This document shows, piece after piece, positions 1 to 8,926 of a DNA stretch of 64,000 nucleotides; within the stretch, counting starts at the first letter, position 1; each line of letters begins with the position of its first letter. The notes under the pieces were generated by a model. That model made no database searches and was not told where the DNA came from. It worked only from the letters and a program-made list of their open reading frames with translations. Source of the DNA: an uncultured Marinilabiliaceae bacterium (GTDB taxonomy: Bacteria; Bacteroidota; Bacteroidia; Bacteroidales; VadinHA17); the NCBI GenBank assembly GCA_942492595.1, contig CALOFK010000003.1:677554-741553 (forward strand), given 5' to 3'. Position numbers and translations under genes: made by a program.

Positions 1-668
1 TTCTTTTATCAATAATTTCATTACCAGCCTATTCGCAGGTAATGGAAATTGATTTCCAGAGGTTTTACTATGACTTTGAAAATACAAAAAGCATTAATAA
101 AACCGCCTATGAAATAAACTATGATGGCAGTCCCTATCTTAATGATGAATTCCAATCCGGGAAGATAATTCTGGCTGACGGGAATGAATATAAGGATGTG
201 CTACTGAGATATAATGCATATTCTGACCAGTTTGAATTCAATCGAAATAATGAGATTCTTGCAATCATCAAAAACCCACAGTTTTCAGAATTCATTTTCG
301 GGGATCATATTTTCTGTTATCAAAGATTTCAAATTAAGAATGAAAAACAGGAAGGTTATCTGGAGAAGATAAGAGAGGGAAACTATTCTCTTTACTGCAA
401 ACATATTACTATTCTTAGAGAGGGTGAAGAAACTGGAGCATTCCAGGAAGCCAAAAAACCAACATTTATTCCGCAGAAACCCTTATATATGATAGGATCA
501 AAAGATAAAGGTATTGTTCCTATTAAAGGACCAAAAGATTTATATAATGAGTTTCAGGATATAGAAGAAACTATTGACAATTACACTGGCAAAAAGAAGC
601 TTAAATTAAAGTCGGAGGAGGATTATATAGAGCTTATTAACTTCTTAAACTCTCAGAGTAAGAAGTAA
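1..668 (+). CDS. Hypothetical secreted protein, 5' end cut by the window edge
   Basis: The frame of the listed ORF (42..668) stays open to base 3. The upstream in-frame residues LLSIISLPAYSQ look like the end of a signal peptide, so ATG 42 is probably internal. I recognise no family motif. Confidence 0.6.
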   Translation, partial: LLSIISLPAYSQVMEIDFQRFYYDFENTKSINKTAYEINYDGSPYLNDEFQSGKIILADGNEYKDVLLRYNAYSDQFEFNRNNEILAIIKNPQFSEFIFGDHIFCYQRFQIKNEKQEGYLEKIREGNYSLYCKHITILREGEETGAFQEAKKPTFIPQKPLYMIGSKDKGIVPIKGPKDLYNEFQDIEETIDNYTGKKKLKLKSEEDYIELINFLNSQSKK

Positions 669-692
669 AAACAAATAATAAATACTTATATT

Positions 693-730
693 AAAAAAAA
701 GGATGCATTTTTTGAATGCATCCTTTTTTT
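693..730. terminator. Bidirectional rho-independent terminator between convergent genes
   Basis: A-run 693-700, 9-bp stem GGATGCATT (701-709) / AATGCATCC (715-723), T-run 724-730. Confidence 0.75.
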
Positions 731-744
731 AATTAAAGACCCTG

Positions 745-1038
745 TCAGACTGAGGCCGTAATATCCCAGACAAAAGCCCGGGCACCGACATCTGTATTTA
801 TTTCATCCATTTTCTTTACTGCATCAAGCACTTCCTGTACAAGATTGTCGTCTATTACAACGAGCGATGCTGAGTTAATCTCGGGCCAGGTATGCGTGCC
901 AAGGTGAGGTGCTCCTCCCCTTCCACCGCGACCCTTCATATCTGTCCACTGGGTATACCCGCTTATGCCAAGTGTATTAAGGATATACTCGACCTTTTCT
1001 GTGTGTGCCTGGTTATATACTATAAATATTGCTTTCAT
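745..1038 (-). CDS. Small PII-like (ferredoxin-like fold) protein, last gene of the RND efflux operon
   Basis: 97 aa. The beta-alpha-beta-beta-alpha-beta length and pattern, with a Gly/Arg-rich loop (MKGRGGRGGAPHLG), resemble PII/DUF3240-type proteins. It lies 11 nt downstream of the RND pump gene. The function assignment is tentative. Confidence 0.6.
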   Translation of the reverse strand: MKAIFIVYNQAHTEKVEYILNTLGISGYTQWTDMKGRGGRGGAPHLGTHTWPEINSASLVVIDDNLVQEVLDAVKKMDEINTDVGARAFVWDITASV

Positions 1039-1049
1039 TTCTTTTAAGT

Positions 1050-4000
1050 TTAATTGGCTGTATCAGCTTCCAGGAAGCCATAATCATCCTGGCTACCGCG
1101 TTTTTTATTTCTCTCACCCCTTCGTGAGAATATAATATATACTACAGGCACCAGCACAAGAGTAACAAGAGTTGAAAATACTAATCCTCCTATAACTGCA
1201 ATACCCATTGGACTCCATATCTCTGCACCTTCACCAGTACTCAATGCCAGTGGCAGCATAGCAAGTATAGTAGTCAGTGAGGTCATTAAAACAGGGCGAA
1301 GTCTTGAACGTCCGGATACAGCAACAGCTTCATACAGTTCCATGCCCCTGTCTCGCATAAGGTTAATAAAGTCTACCAGCACGATGGCATTCTTTACCAC
1401 TATACCGATAAGCATAATTGCCCCTATTCCCGACACAAGACTGAAAGTAGTGTTTGTAACATACATTGCCAGTGCAACCCCGGAAAAAGCGAAAGGAATT
1501 GAAAACATAATTATAAATGGCATCCTGAGTGATTCGAACTGTGAGGCCATAACAAGGTAAACCAGTGCAAGACTCATTACCATTAATAGCATCAGGTCAC
1601 TCATTGCATCCATCATATCCTCAATCGCCCCGGATGATTCAACTGAAACTCCTGCGGGTATATCCATCTCTGCAATCTGACTGTCAATATCTTCAGCAAC
1701 GGCTGCAAGGGGTCTTTTGTGCGGAGTAGAAGAAACCGTTACAATCCGCTCCTTACGCTTATGTTCAATATTTGGAGGCGACCAGTATTCTTTAATCTCT
1801 GCTATCTCTCCAAGTCGTACCATCTGCCCCTGCATATTCCTTACCGGTATATTTTCGATATCGCTGATGGAGTTCCTGGAATCTTCATTATATCTTACTA
1901 TAACGTCATATTCATCCCCAAACTCTCTGAGCCTGGTAGCAAGCATCCCGTCGACACGATTCTTAATCGATGCCGAAACGGTAGCAGTATTAAGTCCGTG
2001 AAGACTCATCTTAGCCTGGTCGAGTACTATCTGGAGCTCAGGCTTGGAATCGTCACGACTAACCTGTATATCTGTAGCTCCTTCAATACGAGACATCCTG
2101 TCAGCCAGCTCATTTGCAACTTTATTTGTACTTACGATATCATAACCGTAGACTTCCATCTCAATATTATTCCCCATCATACCGCCCATCCCTGCATCTG
2201 AGGTACTCACCTGGTAATCTACAATTTCAGGAAATTGATCAAGCTCCTCCCTAAAGGCCTCGGCAATATCCCAGACCGATCTATCCCTCTCAGAGATATC
2301 ACTCAGGGAGAAAGTATATAAAATCGTATGAGTTCCGGTTGTGCTAAACATGGTAGCAAAGTTTGCCTCTTCATCTGTTCCGCTTGATGCTGAGATAAGC
2401 TCAATCTCAGGAAATCTCTCCATAAGGACCTTGTCAATCTTTGCAGCAAGTGCTTTTGTTTCGCTTACCCTGGTACCTGTCTGCAACTCAATAGTAGCAT
2501 TCATCGAAGACTGGTCGGCTTCAGGCATAAACTCCATACCAACCTGGGTCAATAATAGAATAGAACTAACAAATATTAAAAGGGAAACAATAACAGTAAA
2601 GGCCTTATGACGCAGAGCCCACCTGAGGGTACCTTCATAGAAGCCCTCGAACCTGTCAAGCCACTTCTTAATGGTATTATCATAACTGAGTCTTCTATTA
2701 CTCTTTTCCTTTTTCTCAAGCCTTAGCATAAGTGAACTAAGTGTAGGTGTAAGAGTAATAGCTGCTATTGTGGATGTTATGGTTGTTAAAGTAACAATCA
2801 TACCAAGCTGGCGGAACATGATTCCTGTTAATCCCTGTACAAAAGTAAGCGGGAAGAACACTGCCACAATTGTCAGTGTAGTTACTATAACAGCCAGCCA
2901 TACTTCGTTTGTCGCATAAATAGCTGCTTCCTTGGGCCGGCTTCCCTTCTCAATATGCTTTGTTATATTTTCAAGCACCACAATCGCGTCGTCGACTACC
3001 ATACCAATAGCAATTGAGAGCGAAGAAAGGGAGATAATATTTATTGAGTTTCCTGAAATAAACAGGTAAATAAATGCAACAATCAGTGAAATAGGTATTG
3101 TTACAATTACTATAAAGGTTGCCCTCCACCTTCCGAGGAAAAACAAAACAACCAGAATCACAAATATACCAGCGTACATCAGTGTACTGGTCAGGTTGCC
3201 TATGGAACCCTGGATAAACTCGGATGAATCGAAGATAGTATCAATCTTCACATCAGGAGGCAGGTCTGCCTTTAGCTCTTCAATGGCAGCACGCACTTCC
3301 TTGGCCACCTCTACAGTATTTCCCCCGGATTGTTTCTGAATATACATCCTTACACCCAGCTCCCCGTTGATTCTCTCTTCAGCCTTACTTTCCTTTTGCG
3401 AATCAACAATTTCGGCAACATCCTTGAGAAAAATAGTACTGCCATTAAAGCTGCCAACAACCAGATCCCTTAAAACATCACTCTCAGGAAATTCGCCTTC
3501 CACCCTCAAAGGATAGTCAAGTTCGCCCATCTCAAGAAAACCTGCAGGAGTATTCAGGTTTTCCATCCTCATAACATTTCCGATCTGCTCAACAGTCAGA
3601 TTATATGCTTCCATCTTAACCGGATCGACGTTAATATAAATCTCCCGACCCGGAGCACCTGCTATACCAACTGATGCTACACCTTCTATTCTGTTAAGGG
3701 GATTAACAATTTTTTCATCAAGTAGTTTTTCGAGTCCAGCAAAACTTTCATCTGCTGTAACAGAATAAAAGAGGATGGGCATCATGCTTGAGTTAAACTT
3801 CAGAAGAGTTGGATCTTCTGCATCTTCAGGAAAAAAACGACTTACAAAATCAAGATTATCCCTGATCTCGTTCGCAGCTTCATCCGTATTCGATCCCCAC
3901 TCAAACTCAAGGAAAAGGATTGAAGTGTTATCGCTTGATGTTGACGTAATCTCCTTTAAATTGCTGATTGTGCTTAGTGAGCTTTCAAGAGGCTCTGTAA

Positions 4001-4187
4001 CATTAGTTTCAATATCAGCAGCCGAGGCACCGGGATAGGATGTAAATACCGTAAGGAATGGAAATTCCATATCGGGATATAAATCCACCGGCAGCCTGGT
4101 AAGTGAATACAGGCCCATTACGATAAGTGCAACAAATATCAATATCGTGGTTAGTGGCCTTCTTACTGAATTACCGTATATACTCAT
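1050..4187 (-). CDS. RND efflux transporter permease (AcrB/HAE1-type inner-membrane pump)
   Basis: 1045 aa. It has the typical N-terminus MSIYGNSVRRPLTTILIF, two large periplasmic loops, a 12-TM layout and the conserved VVDDAIVVLENI segment. It sits in an operon with MFP and TolC-like genes. Confidence 0.95.
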   Translation of the reverse strand: MSIYGNSVRRPLTTILIFVALIVMGLYSLTRLPVDLYPDMEFPFLTVFTSYPGASAADIETNVTEPLESSLSTISNLKEITSTSSDNTSILFLEFEWGSNTDEAANEIRDNLDFVSRFFPEDAEDPTLLKFNSSMMPILFYSVTADESFAGLEKLLDEKIVNPLNRIEGVASVGIAGAPGREIYINVDPVKMEAYNLTVEQIGNVMRMENLNTPAGFLEMGELDYPLRVEGEFPESDVLRDLVVGSFNGSTIFLKDVAEIVDSQKESKAEERINGELGVRMYIQKQSGGNTVEVAKEVRAAIEELKADLPPDVKIDTIFDSSEFIQGSIGNLTSTLMYAGIFVILVVLFFLGRWRATFIVIVTIPISLIVAFIYLFISGNSINIISLSSLSIAIGMVVDDAIVVLENITKHIEKGSRPKEAAIYATNEVWLAVIVTTLTIVAVFFPLTFVQGLTGIMFRQLGMIVTLTTITSTIAAITLTPTLSSLMLRLEKKEKSNRRLSYDNTIKKWLDRFEGFYEGTLRWALRHKAFTVIVSLLIFVSSILLLTQVGMEFMPEADQSSMNATIELQTGTRVSETKALAAKIDKVLMERFPEIELISASSGTDEEANFATMFSTTGTHTILYTFSLSDISERDRSVWDIAEAFREELDQFPEIVDYQVSTSDAGMGGMMGNNIEMEVYGYDIVSTNKVANELADRMSRIEGATDIQVSRDDSKPELQIVLDQAKMSLHGLNTATVSASIKNRVDGMLATRLREFGDEYDVIVRYNEDSRNSISDIENIPVRNMQGQMVRLGEIAEIKEYWSPPNIEHKRKERIVTVSSTPHKRPLAAVAEDIDSQIAEMDIPAGVSVESSGAIEDMMDAMSDLMLLMVMSLALVYLVMASQFESLRMPFIIMFSIPFAFSGVALAMYVTNTTFSLVSGIGAIMLIGIVVKNAIVLVDFINLMRDRGMELYEAVAVSGRSRLRPVLMTSLTTILAMLPLALSTGEGAEIWSPMGIAVIGGLVFSTLVTLVLVPVVYIIFSRRGERNKKRGSQDDYGFLEADTAN

Positions 4188-4204
4188 TTTATTCTTTCTT
4201 TTCT

Positions 4205-5272
4205 TTAGTCAATTACTTTCACCTTATCACCATCCATAAGTTTGGTATGGCCCTCTGAAATAATTTTTGCTCCCTCTGCGATTTTTTCAGAAATAATTTC
4301 AACCATTTCATCGTATCGCTTACCTATGGTAACATTGTATCTCTTTGCTACGCCATTATTTTCAACAAAGACGTACCTGATATTCGTTCCTTCCTGCTGA
4401 AGAACGGTATTGGCCGGAACAATAAAAGATTCTTCTTCACCCACAAACATGGAGACCCTCGAAAACATTCCCGGTTTAAGTTTCTGGGAATTATTAGGAA
4501 CCTCAATTTCTACTTTGAAAGATCTCGTCATAGGATCTACTGTAGGGTAAACAAGTAATACTGTACCTGTAAACTCCTCATTAGCATATACATCTGCCTC
4601 AAGGGTGGCCTTCATCCCTTTCTTTAACATTGGATAATAGCTTTCTGAAATATTCAGAACTGCTTTCAGCGGATTAATCTGCATCAGTGTTAATACTGCT
4701 GCTTTTCCTGCCTGTGTATTTGGAGCGCCTGAATACATTTCGCCATTTTCAAAATATTTACCCGTAATAACTCCACCGAAAGGAGCATACATAATTGTAT
4801 TCTTCTCGAGGAAATCCAGGGAAGATAAGCTAACATCATACTGTGTTTTAAGCTGATCATAGGCCTGCTGTGTTATACTCCCTGTTTCAAGCAGGGCTTC
4901 CATCCTGTTAATGTCAACCTCCATGCTCTGTACCTGGATTTTAGTCTGGTGTAGCTGGGTCTGATCCATAAGGAAGAGTTTCTGTCCCTTGCTTACCCTG
5001 TCTCCAGGCTCTACGTAAATTCTTTCAATTCTTCCAGGTTGTGCAGGAGCCATATATACCTCTTCATAAGCCTCCAGGGTTGAATTATAATCAATAGTCC
5101 TGGATATACTGATCTTTTCGAGATCTATTACCCGAACCGGTACAACTGCTTTATCTACAGTTGCTAACCCGTCACCATCTGCAACTTTACCTTGCTTACC
5201 CTCAGGCGGATTGCACCCGGCCAGTATCAGCATAAATAATATTCCGATTGTTAATAATTTCTTGGTTCTCAT
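4205..5272 (-). CDS. RND efflux periplasmic adaptor (membrane fusion protein), lipoprotein
   Basis: 355 aa with a lipobox LAGC after the signal peptide. It has an HlyD/MFP-like coiled-coil plus beta-barrel pattern and is located between the TolC-like and RND genes. Confidence 0.9.
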   Translation of the reverse strand: MRTKKLLTIGILFMLILAGCNPPEGKQGKVADGDGLATVDKAVVPVRVIDLEKISISRTIDYNSTLEAYEEVYMAPAQPGRIERIYVEPGDRVSKGQKLFLMDQTQLHQTKIQVQSMEVDINRMEALLETGSITQQAYDQLKTQYDVSLSSLDFLEKNTIMYAPFGGVITGKYFENGEMYSGAPNTQAGKAAVLTLMQINPLKAVLNISESYYPMLKKGMKATLEADVYANEEFTGTVLLVYPTVDPMTRSFKVEIEVPNNSQKLKPGMFSRVSMFVGEEESFIVPANTVLQQEGTNIRYVFVENNGVAKRYNVTIGKRYDEMVEIISEKIAEGAKIISEGHTKLMDGDKVKVID

Positions 5273-5299
5273 TGTATATTATTTTATTATGTTTTATGA

Positions 5300-6649
5300 T
5301 TAGAGGTTGTTTAATAATTTATCAAGCTCGGTTTTTGAATTTAAAAGATTCATAAGAGCATTTATATAGTTATTCTCAGCATCCAGGTAATTACCGTTAG
5401 CCTGTGTCAGATCAAGGCTTGATGCTACACCCTGCTTATACTTATTCTCAACGCTTTTATATACTCTCATAGCCACCTTAACATTATCCCTCTGGCTCTG
5501 GAACTGTTCGTTAGCATTTATCAGGTTGTACCTGAGTTGTTTTTCCGTTATCAGAAGCTGGTCGCTTACCATCGATTTATTGGTTCTAACCTTCTCAAGA
5601 TCAAGTTGAGCCTTCTTTATTTTGGAGTATCTTTCACCACTTGCGAAAATAGGAATAGTCAATTGAACTCCAATCATTGAATTTGGAAACCATTGCATTT
5701 CGCTTAGCTCATTCCCCATACCATCCTTGTTGTACTGATAGAATCCTGCAAGAGTAGGTAGTACTGTCGATTTCTGCATTTTTACAGCCAGCTCCGACAT
5801 TTCTTCCTGGCTACCAAGCAGCCTGTAATCAATATTATCACGAAGATTAAAATTCTGACTGCCTAGAGTCATAATATCAATCTCCTTAAGCAGGTCATCA
5901 AGAGTCTGGCTCAGAACTATTTCAGTGTCGCGGTCAATTCCCAGTTGAAAACGTAACATATTATAACTCAGTTCCAGGTTCCTCTCCATAGATTTCCTGG
6001 TATTATCTACCATGCTGATATTGCTCGCCAATTGATCAACATCTGTCTCCTCTGCCATACCAACATTAAACATGGCCTTTGTGGATTTTAATGTTTCATC
6101 CAGGTTAGACCTGTTTCCATCGAGTATCTGTAGTGATTCCTCGGATATAAGGATTAAATAATAACTTGCTATTACAGAGCTTTTTGTATCAAGTTCTGTT
6201 TTTTCAAGGCTTTCTGCGCTCAGTCTCTCTGCCAGCTTTGCAGTCTGGACTCCCACAAAGTATGAAGCATTAAAAAGCAGCTGTGAAACCTGCACACCCC
6301 AGGATGCATTAAACTGTTGTCCAAACTGGACAGGGATATATGTTCCAGCCAATGCAGGATTGCCGGTTATTTCGCCTGGCAGAAGAGTAGTCCGGATCTT
6401 CAGATTATCATTAAACAATGCACTTCCATCCACTTTAGGCAAACCCCCCGAGATTGCTTCCCAGGTAGCCATCTTTGAAGCCTGTACGTCAATACCTGAA
6501 GCTCTTATCATTTTATTATGCTGAAGTGCATATGCCTGAGCTTCATCCAGTGAAAGGCTTAGTTTTTCTGTACTGTCCTGGGCAGACAGTAGCTGAAATG
6601 CAAAAAGCAGCAGTATAACTAATAGTTTACTTTTCATTATTATTTCCAT
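5300..6649 (-). CDS. TolC-family outer membrane efflux protein
   Basis: 449 aa with signal peptide ...LLSA/QD and two-repeat TolC-like heptad-rich halves. The likely true start is MKSKL at 6637. It overlaps the TetR gene end, indicating an operon. Confidence 0.9.
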   Translation of the reverse strand: MEIIMKSKLLVILLLFAFQLLSAQDSTEKLSLSLDEAQAYALQHNKMIRASGIDVQASKMATWEAISGGLPKVDGSALFNDNLKIRTTLLPGEITGNPALAGTYIPVQFGQQFNASWGVQVSQLLFNASYFVGVQTAKLAERLSAESLEKTELDTKSSVIASYYLILISEESLQILDGNRSNLDETLKSTKAMFNVGMAEETDVDQLASNISMVDNTRKSMERNLELSYNMLRFQLGIDRDTEIVLSQTLDDLLKEIDIMTLGSQNFNLRDNIDYRLLGSQEEMSELAVKMQKSTVLPTLAGFYQYNKDGMGNELSEMQWFPNSMIGVQLTIPIFASGERYSKIKKAQLDLEKVRTNKSMVSDQLLITEKQLRYNLINANEQFQSQRDNVKVAMRVYKSVENKYKQGVASSLDLTQANGNYLDAENNYINALMNLLNSKTELDKLLNNL

Positions 6650-7265
6650 TTTTATTTATTCCTAATTGTGTTCTGTATTGCTCTAAAAATATTACTCCTT
6701 CCTCGGTTGATATACCGCGCATATAATTAAATAGCAGGTTATCAAATATTTCCATTCTGCTAAAACGGTTACCGTGGAAGATATCTGATGAATGCGCAGA
6801 ATCAATAAAGCCATGGATTCCTTCATTTACAATCTCAATATTTATTTCATCCCTGAAGACCCCTTCTCCGACTCCCCTTTTAAGAATCGCCAGGCTTAAT
6901 TCTGAATTTCTTAGCTCGCCTCTTTTACATACCGCGTCATATACCCTGTGATGATATTTCTTAATATCCATCATATAGCTGGGATTCATCCCACTCATTT
7001 GATCGAATGCAGTCTCAAGAATTTTGAAAATAACCTCTATCACATTATCTGATTCATTCATTAAGTGATAGAATATTTCCTTCTGCTTATCTGCCTTTCT
7101 TCTTATAACATATTCGAGCAAACTGTCTTTATCACTGAATTTCTCATATATCGTGCGCTTAGACATACCAAGTTCATGAGCTATTCTATCCATTGTAACA
7201 GCCCTGATCCCATATCTCATAAAAAGAGATTCAGCTTCTTCAGCTATCCTGTTAGTATAATCCAT
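6627..7265 (-). CDS. TetR/AcrR-family transcriptional regulator, first gene of the efflux operon
   Basis: The N-terminal HTH RAVTMDRIAHELGMSKRTIYEKF is typical of TetR_N. At 212 aa it leads the tolC-MFP-RND genes. Confidence 0.9.
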   Translation of the reverse strand: MDYTNRIAEEAESLFMRYGIRAVTMDRIAHELGMSKRTIYEKFSDKDSLLEYVIRRKADKQKEIFYHLMNESDNVIEVIFKILETAFDQMSGMNPSYMMDIKKYHHRVYDAVCKRGELRNSELSLAILKRGVGEGVFRDEINIEIVNEGIHGFIDSAHSSDIFHGNRFSRMEIFDNLLFNYMRGISTEEGVIFLEQYRTQLGINKNGNNNEK

Positions 7266-7295
7266 CTCTCATCTCAATTTGAGCACAATAATGAG

Positions 7296-7321
7296 AAAAC
7301 TTTTTTGGTTTCCAAAGTTTT
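7296..7321. promoter_or_regulatory. Candidate operator: imperfect palindrome upstream of the TetR-efflux operon
   Basis: AAAACTTT(7296-7303)...AAAGTTTT(7314-7321) with inner TTGG-TTT-CCAA, 30-55 nt upstream of the tetR start codon. Confidence 0.25.
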
Positions 7322-7562
7322 AATAGATAAATTTTAAATAAAATCGGTGAATGGTGACTAATGGTCGGTAAACCGATCCGGGTCATGGAGCATGGTTGTA
7401 ATTCGTTCGCTATACTCTCTTTACTTCTTCCCTTTGGGAGTGTAATTTGCTCCATGCAGTCGCTCAGCTTTCACCTTCGGTGCCTAAGACAATTACCAAT
7501 TACACGAACAGAGTGATTAAATTAAGTTGCGAAGCAATAAATAACGCTGCGACAGCAGCAGT

Positions 7563-8774
7563 TTACCTGTACAGGTATACAAAGCCCCTGTGTTCCTTTC
7601 CATCGTATACTACATCATCCCAGCCAGTTGCCCTGATTACATAGTAGTAAATGCCCGGACTGGCCGGTGATGATCCAATCTTTCCATCCCAGCCCTGCCA
7701 GTCCTTAATTGAATCCTCGTCACCACTAAAATAGTAAACTCTTTTACCGGACTTGCTGAAAATCTGGACATCTATTCTTCTGAGTGATTTTGACTCAACA
7801 TAGAAGAACTCGTTATTACCATCTCCGTCGGGAGTAAATACATTTGTAATGTTTAAAGATGAAGGCTGTACTGTTATATTATCTATTTTCATAGAATCGA
7901 CACATCCCTGGTCGCTTTCTATCATCAATCTCAGTGTGTACTGGCCGGGCTTATAATATGTATGTGAAAGAGGGATTGGATCATTAGATATACTCTCATC
8001 ACCGAAGCGCCAGGTATATTCGAATGCCCTGATAGATTTATCTGTTATAAAGACCTCGAGAGGAGCCTCTCCATCAGCAGGATCGACCTCAAACTCAGCT
8101 TTAACATGTATCGATTCGTAATTAAATGAAGATAAGGCGGTGCACCCGAAACTGTCTGTAACCATAAGATTATATTCAACATCTTCGAGGGGCGGGTCGT
8201 AAGTAATCGGATCTATTTCAAGTGCCGGATAGGGTATACTTGAAACAGGATCTGAAGACCATAGAAAAGCTATATCATTGGGTAGTTCTATGCTTTGCCC
8301 GCTAATAATATCATAATAATCAAAATTATCCTTAGCAACTGTGCCATTTAATGCCACATAGTAACAACTTCTGTTCTGAAGCTCTGCCAGCGAATAGGGA
8401 TTATCAATATGTATCCATGCAATAAGTGAGGTATCGTAAGCAAAACCATCTGTAATTCTAACCCTGTAGCCTCCCTCCCCAAGAGGAGTTCTGTCAGAGT
8501 TTAGAACTCCAGGATCTGTTCCCAGCGAAATGCTAAAGTCTGATGTATTGGTATCCCACTGTGTCCATTCAAAATCAAAAGGGCCTGTACCCCCGGGGCT
8601 GCTCGCCTGCAGAGAAGGTGTCGATCCACCTGATGCACAATAGATATATACAGGATGCTTCTCTCCCCCGCTAAGATAGTTAGTAAATCTTAGCGCATTA
8701 CTCCCGGGACCTGTCACCTGGGCAGATAAGAGGGCTGATAAAAACAGAAAAACGAGTATAAAAATTCTTCTCAC
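7563..8774 (-). CDS. Secreted PKD-domain protein with T9SS type-B (gliding-motility CHU_C) C-terminal sorting domain
   Basis: GTG start and signal peptide ...LLSA/QV. It has a PKD-like segment (EAPLEVFITDKS...YTWRFGD...HTYYKPGQYTLRL). The C-terminus NVFTPDGDGNNEFF...WDGK...GIYYYVI matches the type-B sorting domain pattern. Confidence 0.85.
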   Translation of the reverse strand: MRRIFILVFLFLSALLSAQVTGPGSNALRFTNYLSGGEKHPVYIYCASGGSTPSLQASSPGGTGPFDFEWTQWDTNTSDFSISLGTDPGVLNSDRTPLGEGGYRVRITDGFAYDTSLIAWIHIDNPYSLAELQNRSCYYVALNGTVAKDNFDYYDIISGQSIELPNDIAFLWSSDPVSSIPYPALEIDPITYDPPLEDVEYNLMVTDSFGCTALSSFNYESIHVKAEFEVDPADGEAPLEVFITDKSIRAFEYTWRFGDESISNDPIPLSHTYYKPGQYTLRLMIESDQGCVDSMKIDNITVQPSSLNITNVFTPDGDGNNEFFYVESKSLRRIDVQIFSKSGKRVYYFSGDEDSIKDWQGWDGKIGSSPASPGIYYYVIRATGWDDVVYDGKEHRGFVYLYR

Positions 8775-8926
8775 AACAAGTAATATGGGTCTTCTAGGTT
8801 AACGGGAATATGTGCTATTTGTTATACAGTTTACAAGTATAATAAATGTGCAGTCTGTATCCAAACATGTGGTAAACTTACAACTTGTTTTATTAACTTT
8901 GGCTGCTTATTAATAAGTGTGGAAGA

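Noticed and set aside
1342-4038. Several plus-strand ORFs (72-160 aa) inside the RND pump gene
   Set aside because: All are antisense to a 1045-aa gene with unmistakable AcrB-family sequence. Their translations are low complexity and show no motifs.
7252-7455. 67-aa minus-strand ORF in the spacer upstream of tetR
   Set aside because: It overlaps the tetR start and spans the structured spacer. It has no motif or convincing start context, and it is more likely non-coding.
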